Shown here piece after piece: positions 58,926 through 64,000 of a stretch of 64,000 bases of DNA. Both the position numbers and the translations under genes were made by a program. Under the pieces are notes generated by a model. That model did no database searches and had not been told where the DNA came from. It worked only from the letters and a program-made list of their open reading frames with translations. Where the stretch lies: the NCBI GenBank assembly GCA_963706025.1, contig CAVPLM010000005.1, forward strand, positions 416,001 through 480,000, in the 5' to 3' direction. Position 1 is the stretch's first letter, and every line of letters starts with the position of its first letter. Source of the DNA: an uncultured Actinomycetes bacterium. GTDB lineage: Bacteria > Actinomycetota > Thermoleophilia > RBG-16-64-13.

Positions 58926-59897
58926 TCATGCCACCTGGTGTCCATAGCGGATCCGTGGATCCAGGAACGCGTAGCTGATGTCCACAAGCAGGTTGATGAT
59001 CATGACCAGCACCACGATGATGATCGTGCCCCCCATGATGATAGGCCAGTCCCGCTGGCCGATGGCCAGGTACATCTCATAGCCGATCCCCGGCCAGTTG
59101 AAGACGGTCTCGGTGAGGATGGTGCCCCCTATCATGGCTCCCAGATCGAGACCCAGGAACGTAACCACCGGGATCATAGCGTTCTTCATGGCGTGGCCGC
59201 CGACGACTCGCCGGTAGGAGAGACCCTTCGCCGAAGCCGTTCGGATATAGTCTTGGCCCGTCACTTCCAGCAGCTGGCTGCGCATGATCCGAGCGCAATA
59301 GGCGGTCGAGACAGCCGCCAGAGTCACCGCGGGTAGGATGATGTGGATGGCGGTCGGGAACTGGCGCGAAGACATGCCCGAGATCGGGAGATACGGCAAC
59401 CCCCATTGCTTGAACTTGATGCCGAAAAGTATCTGCAGCAGCATCCCGAGCCAGAACACCGGTAGCGAGACAAGCACCGAAGTGCTGAACGTCACCAGCA
59501 CGTCCCAGAACGAATAGCGCTTGATAGCGGAGATGATCCCGGCGGCGATACCGAAGATCATCTCGATGATTATGGCCGCAACCGCGAGCTTGATAGTGTT
59601 CGGCAGCTTGTCCATGAGGATGTCGCTGACCGAACGCCCCTTCTGGTAGGACTGTCCCAGATCGCCTTGGAGCAGAGCGACCAGGTAGTTCTTGTACTGC
59701 ACGATGAGCGGATCGTCGAGTCCGTACTTCTCGACAAGCTCGTTGTAGAGCGTCTCCGAGATGGCCCTTTCTCCCGTGAGCAACTTGATGGGGTCCCCCG
59801 GTAGGATGCCCGGAGCCCGGAGGATGAAGAGGATGATGGTGACCCCGATGAACACCGGGATCATCTGCAGGATCCGCCGCGCGATGTAGCCGATCAT
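58926..59897 (-). CDS. oppB: oligopeptide ABC transporter permease
   Basis: GDLGQS, DYIRTA.AKGL, ETVFNWPGIG, LDPRIR. Confidence 0.93.
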   Translation of the reverse strand: MIGYIARRILQMIPVFIGVTIILFILRAPGILPGDPIKLLTGERAISETLYNELVEKYGLDDPLIVQYKNYLVALLQGDLGQSYQKGRSVSDILMDKLPNTIKLAVAAIIIEMIFGIAAGIISAIKRYSFWDVLVTFSTSVLVSLPVFWLGMLLQILFGIKFKQWGLPYLPISGMSSRQFPTAIHIILPAVTLAAVSTAYCARIMRSQLLEVTGQDYIRTASAKGLSYRRVVGGHAMKNAMIPVVTFLGLDLGAMIGGTILTETVFNWPGIGYEMYLAIGQRDWPIIMGGTIIIVVLVMIINLLVDISYAFLDPRIRYGHQVA

Positions 59898-59930
59898 GCG
59901 GCGGCCTTCGCGTACTCAACCTCAGATAGG

Positions 59931-59968
59931 GACATGGTAGGGCGCCGTCGCCGGCGCCCTACCATGTC
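59931..59968. other. intercistronic stem-loop after oppA
   Basis: GACATGGTAGGGCGCC-N6-GGCGCCCTACCATGTC perfect 16-bp stem, no U-tract. Confidence 0.75.
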
Positions 59969-60007
59969 TACAGTGACTTGCCTGCTACACACTAATGAAT
60001 GAAGCTG

Positions 60008-61666
60008 TTACTCAGCCGGTTCGATCCAGGTTTTTTCCAGGGTGGCCAGGGTCATAACGCTGTACGTGAGGCCATGGATCCGGTCGGAACCCACGTCTTT
60101 GTGAGCGTAGTTGACAAGCGGGATGACCGGGGAGTCTTCACCGGCCAGCCGCTCCGCCTCCTGGTACTTGGCAGCCCTGGCGGCGGGATCCGCCGTCTGA
60201 CGCGCCTCCTGGAGCAATTGATCGAACGCCGGGTTCTTGTACAACCCATCGTTGTCGGCGCTCTCGCTGGATAGCTGCGGCCAGAGGAAGTTGTCGGCGG
60301 AAGGATAGTCGGCGACCCAGCCGGAGCGGCTGATCGTGAAGTCTCCGGCGTCCCGTGTGTCGAGGAACTGGGCCCATTCTATGCCTTCCAGCTTGGTCTT
60401 GACGCCGACGGCTGCCCAGTCGGCCTGGACCAGAGCATAGACCTTCTCGTGACCCGAACCGGTGTTGTAGATGATCGAGAACTCGGGCAACCCTTGGCCG
60501 CCCGGGTAGCCGGCCTTCTCGAGCAGCGCCTTGGCCTGTTCCACATCGTACTTGGCATACGGCCATTGATCGGGAAGGAATCCTTCTACACCCTCGGAGA
60601 CCATGCCCGTGGCCGGCTTACGAGCACCCTCGTATATGGTGTCGCAGATGGCCTGGCGGTTGATGGCCAGGGAAAGCGCTCGGCGGAGGTCGGCGTTCTT
60701 GAGGAACTCGTCCTCATTCATCAGGATGGTGTAGTTGATACCGAGATATGCACCGGTGACGACCTGCTTGCCCGGCGAAACGGTCCAACCGTTTTCACTT
60801 GCGCCGTATGCAGCCTTCGCTGCCTCCAGTTGACCGGTGGGGACTTGGGTGAAGTCCAGGTTACCGGCCTGGAACTCGAGGTAGGCGGTTTCTTCATCCT
60901 TGAAGATCTTGAAGTCGATCCCGTCCAGGTAGGCCTTTTGGCCGTAGTAGTCGTCGTTACGGACCAGTTGGATCAATTGGTCGTGCTGCCACGGTGCGGC
61001 CATCTTGAAGGGGCCGTTGCCGATGGGCATCTCGGCGAAGGCCTCGGCTCCTTTGTCCACCTCTTCCTTGGGCACCGGTCCCAGCGTCGGGTGGCCGACC
61101 CATTTCAAAAAGTCGCCGAATGGATACGACAACGTTATTTCCAAGGTGTAGTCGTCGATGACCTTGACACCCTCGAGCTCGGTGGCGGTGCCGTCCTGCA
61201 TGGCCTGGTAGCCCTTCACGGCATCGAGGTGGTAGGAGATCTCGGACCCGCCGTTCGGGTCGCAGATGCGCTCGAAGGCATACTTGAAGTCGGCCGCCGT
61301 GACCTTGCGCCCGTTGTGGAACTTGGCGTCCTCGTTCAAACTGAAGGTCCACACGGAGGCGTCGGCGTTGGCTTCCCAGCTGTCTGCCGCCGCCGGGAGA
61401 GGCGCTGAAGTAAGCGGGTCGAAGGCGACCAGGCTGTCGAAGACGCATTGGATTACCTGCACGCCTTCGGATTCTTGACCGTTGTAAGGGTCGATGAAGG
61501 CCGGTTCAATGATGAAGTAGTTGAATATCCCACCTTCGACCGGCTCTCCGCCTTCGCCTGTGGTGGCGGTCTCGTCGTCGCCGCCGCAGGCTGCGACCGC
61601 GATCAGCACACCCACCAACACAAGGGCCAGAACGAGTCCATACCATGTACGTTTGCTCAGTTTCAA
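60008..61666 (-). CDS. oppA: oligopeptide ABC transporter substrate-binding lipoprotein
   Basis: Lipobox VAAC; family 5 SBP motifs (WTF.L...KF.NG..VTA.DF, GNGPF, W.ADYP). Confidence 0.93.
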   Translation of the reverse strand: MKLSKRTWYGLVLALVLVGVLIAVAACGGDDETATTGEGGEPVEGGIFNYFIIEPAFIDPYNGQESEGVQVIQCVFDSLVAFDPLTSAPLPAAADSWEANADASVWTFSLNEDAKFHNGRKVTAADFKYAFERICDPNGGSEISYHLDAVKGYQAMQDGTATELEGVKVIDDYTLEITLSYPFGDFLKWVGHPTLGPVPKEEVDKGAEAFAEMPIGNGPFKMAAPWQHDQLIQLVRNDDYYGQKAYLDGIDFKIFKDEETAYLEFQAGNLDFTQVPTGQLEAAKAAYGASENGWTVSPGKQVVTGAYLGINYTILMNEDEFLKNADLRRALSLAINRQAICDTIYEGARKPATGMVSEGVEGFLPDQWPYAKYDVEQAKALLEKAGYPGGQGLPEFSIIYNTGSGHEKVYALVQADWAAVGVKTKLEGIEWAQFLDTRDAGDFTISRSGWVADYPSADNFLWPQLSSESADNDGLYKNPAFDQLLQEARQTADPAARAAKYQEAERLAGEDSPVIPLVNYAHKDVGSDRIHGLTYSVMTLATLEKTWIEPAE

Positions 61667-61806
61667 AATGTTCCCTCCTTAGCTTCGAGACACCCCACGC
61701 CGAACTGCTACACCATCGCTACGCCTCACCACCTCCTCCGCACTTTCGTGCGTCTCGCCTCAGACGGTCCCAGACGATGTGTCAAGTCGGCTCTTGGACG
61801 ACGCCC

Positions 61807-62025
61807 TCAGATGACAAAGGCCAGAGCGATCGTCACTATGAAGAAAGCGACCGCGCAACCCACGGTCAGCCGGTCGAGGTTCTTCTGCACCATCGAACTG
61901 CCGCCGAACGCGCCGGACCCCCCAAAAGTAGTGGCCAGGCCGGCGTCCTTGCCGGAGTGGAGGAAAATGAGGAACAACAGCCCCAGACCAAAAATGGTTT
62001 CTAGCCCAACCAGAACGAATAACAC
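61807..62025 (-). CDS. secG: preprotein translocase subunit SecG
   Basis: Two TM helices, LH.GK..GL...FGG, KNLDRLT; follows tpiA-gpmI. Confidence 0.9.
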   Translation of the reverse strand: MLFVLVGLETIFGLGLLFLIFLHSGKDAGLATTFGGSGAFGGSSMVQKNLDRLTVGCAVAFFIVTIALAFVI

Positions 62026-62130
62026 CTCAGACTGCCCTTCCCCTGCTAGCGGTTTCGCCCCTCGACGGCGTTCGCATCATTCTACCTTGTAAAGTACCAC
62101 CCTGAACACTATCTTGCATACACAACTTTC

Positions 62131-63678
62131 CTATTCATCCCCACACAGAGAGCGTCCCGTCATCACCGCCGGCGCCTTCAGGCCCATGAAGCACAGAATC
62201 GTAGGGGCCACATCGGCCAGCCCGGCGCCCTCGCGCGGGGTCACCCCTTCGTCCAGAATGATCAAGGGGACCTTGGCGGTGGTGTGAGCCGTGTTGGGAC
62301 TCCCGTTCGTTTCAACCATCGATTCGGCGTTCCCGTGATCGGACGTCACCATGACTTTCGCTCCCAGGCCCTCCAAAACCTTCAATACCCGCCCCAGACA
62401 GTGGTCGACATGCTGGATGGCCTCGACTGTCGCGCGTATGTCGCCTGTATGTCCCACCATGTCGGGATTGGCGAAGTTCAACACCACCAGGTCGACCGGG
62501 TTCTCCGCCATCGCCTTCTCAAAACACTCCGCCACTTCGTAGGCGCTCATGGCCGGCTTCTCGTCGTAGGTGGCCACGTCTCTCGGCGACGCGACCAGCC
62601 TGCGCTCTTCCCCCGGGAACGGTTCCTCCCGACCACCGTTGAAGAAGAACGTCACGTGCGCGTACTTCTCCGTCTCGGCGATGTGCAACTGAGTGAGGCC
62701 GGCGGCGCTCACCACCTCGGCCAATACGTGTCGCGGCTCGTCTTTGGGGAAGGCGACGGCGAGCCCAAGGTGGGGATCATATTCCGTCATGCCGACGAAG
62801 TCGATATCGGGCGGCGCCCCGTCCCGGTCGAACCCGGTGAAGTCAGACTGGGTGAGGGCGGCCGCCAACTCCCGCACCCGATCCGGCCTGAAGTTGAAGA
62901 AGACCACCCCGTCGCCCTCACGCACCCGGCTATCCGGGTCGTCGCCAATGACGGTCGGCTGGACGAACTCGTCGGTCTCGCCGCGGGCATACGATTCCCG
63001 GATCGCCGCGGCAGCTTCAGCAGCCCGCAGTCCCCGGCCATGCACCAAAGCGTCGTAAGCAAGCTTGACCCTGTCCCAGCGGCGGTCCCGATCCATGGCG
63101 TAGTAACGACCGGATATCGTGGCGATCGCGCCCAGTCCCTCCGCCTCCATGAAGCCTTCGAGCTCGTCCACATAAGCTTCCCCCGCGGTCGGCGAGGTGT
63201 CGCGGCCGTCGGTGAAAGCGTGGATGTAGAGCCGATCTACTCCCCGCCGGTGGGCCATCTCGACGAGAGCCTTGAGGTGCTCCAGCGAGGAATGCACCCC
63301 GGCGTCGGATAACAAGCCCATGAGGTGTATCGAGCGACCACGGGTGACGGCTCCATCTATCACCGCCGCCAAGGCCGGGTTGTCGTAGAACGAGCCGTCT
63401 GCTATCGCCCGGTTGATGCGGGAAAGATCCTGGTAGATGACGCGCCCCGAACCCAGCGTCAGGTGCCCCACTTCCGAGTTGCCCATGACGCCCGGCGGCA
63501 GACCCACGGCTTCGCCGCTGGCTTCGAGAAGCGCATGGGGGTAGCGGGCCCACAGTGCGTCCCAAATCGGGGTGTCGGCCAGAGAGATGGCATTACCGGG
63601 TCCGGGAGGCGCGCAGCCCCAACCGTCCAATATGACGAGGGCTGCGCGCCGGTGTTCCGTGTTGCTCTCGATAGACAT
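62131..63678 (-). CDS. gpmI: 2,3-bisphosphoglycerate-independent phosphoglycerate mutase
   Basis: ILDGWG, MGNSEVGH, GRYYAMDRD, FNFRPDR, AETEKYAHVT, NPDMVGHTG, DHGN. Confidence 0.97.
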   Translation of the reverse strand: MSIESNTEHRRAALVILDGWGCAPPGPGNAISLADTPIWDALWARYPHALLEASGEAVGLPPGVMGNSEVGHLTLGSGRVIYQDLSRINRAIADGSFYDNPALAAVIDGAVTRGRSIHLMGLLSDAGVHSSLEHLKALVEMAHRRGVDRLYIHAFTDGRDTSPTAGEAYVDELEGFMEAEGLGAIATISGRYYAMDRDRRWDRVKLAYDALVHGRGLRAAEAAAAIRESYARGETDEFVQPTVIGDDPDSRVREGDGVVFFNFRPDRVRELAAALTQSDFTGFDRDGAPPDIDFVGMTEYDPHLGLAVAFPKDEPRHVLAEVVSAAGLTQLHIAETEKYAHVTFFFNGGREEPFPGEERRLVASPRDVATYDEKPAMSAYEVAECFEKAMAENPVDLVVLNFANPDMVGHTGDIRATVEAIQHVDHCLGRVLKVLEGLGAKVMVTSDHGNAESMVETNGSPNTAHTTAKVPLIILDEGVTPREGAGLADVAPTILCFMGLKAPAVMTGRSLCGDE

Positions 63679-63683
63679 GGCGG

Positions 63684-64000
63684 CTACAAGCTTTCGAACT
63701 CGACGATGCGCGCAAATGCCTCGACGTCGAGGCTCGCGCCTCCCACCAGCACGCCGTCTATGTCCGGTTGGGCCATGAGTTCATCGATGTTGTCCGGTCG
63801 GACGCTTCCCCCGTATAAGATCCGCACCGTCCCGGGCGCGTCCCCGCCGAGGAACTCCGCCGCCCTGGCGCGGCAGAACGCGACGGCCTCTTGCGCGATT
63901 TCAGGCGTAGCCGTCTTGCCTGTGCCTATGGCCCATTTGGGTTCGTAGGCGAGCGCCAGCGAGGGGCCTTCTTCAGACCGAACCTTCGAAAGGGCGGCCC
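63684..64000 (-). CDS. tpiA: triosephosphate isomerase, 5' part outside window
   Basis: Manual translation [15 protein letters not shown]...ILYGGSV.P.N...[12 protein letters not shown]. Confidence 0.95.
   Translation of the reverse strand, partial: AALSKVRSEEGPSLALAYEPKWAIGTGKTATPEIAQEAVAFCRARAAEFLGGDAPGTVRILYGGSVRPDNIDELMAQPDIDGVLVGGASLDVEAFARIVEFESL

Noticed and set aside
63930-63950. TpiA motif YEPKW instead of YEP(V/I)W
   Set aside because: A single substitution at the window edge in an error-prone assembly; it cannot be distinguished from a base-call error.
1-64000. CRISPR arrays, IS transposases, rRNA, T-box or SAM riboswitches
   Set aside because: I saw no regularly spaced repeats, transposase ORFs or rRNA, and the leaders of thrS, pheS and metX are too short or lack the motifs.

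Overview
High-GC bacterial chromosomal window. Gram-positive-type SOS boxes, ARG boxes and gene order suggest a deep-branching, probably anaerobic Actinomycetota such as Thermoleophilia (inference). Most of it is housekeeping: argCJBFRGH (no argD), pheST, infC-rpmI-rplT with an L20 leader, thrS, metXW, nadE, manB, lexA, a Lon-like protease, rdgB-rph-murI, sod, rnpB, an opp ABC transporter, secG, gpmI, tpiA and 6 tRNAs. There are two accessory zones. The first (about 16.6-22 kb) lies between tRNA-Val and tRNA-Cys and holds DUF6325/SHOCT genes, a group IIC intron 5' remnant behind a terminator, a lone DnaB-like ATPase, a DUF4177-like pair and a HIRAN protein. The second is a 5.8-kb decayed integrated element bounded by 35-bp att repeats at tRNA-Ile2(CAT). 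The most interesting system is a HydABC/NuoEFG-type, probably electron-bifurcating, three-gene module. Its FdhF-like large subunit has Trp-Gln where formate dehydrogenases have the catalytic Sec/Cys-His, and it sits just downstream of a coupled larC-lipA pair. Other notable items are a Nif3-RNase HI fusion and an ArcE (arginine synthetase)-like P-loop protein. About 10 single-base frameshifts, several in essential genes, indicate an imperfectly polished long-read assembly.
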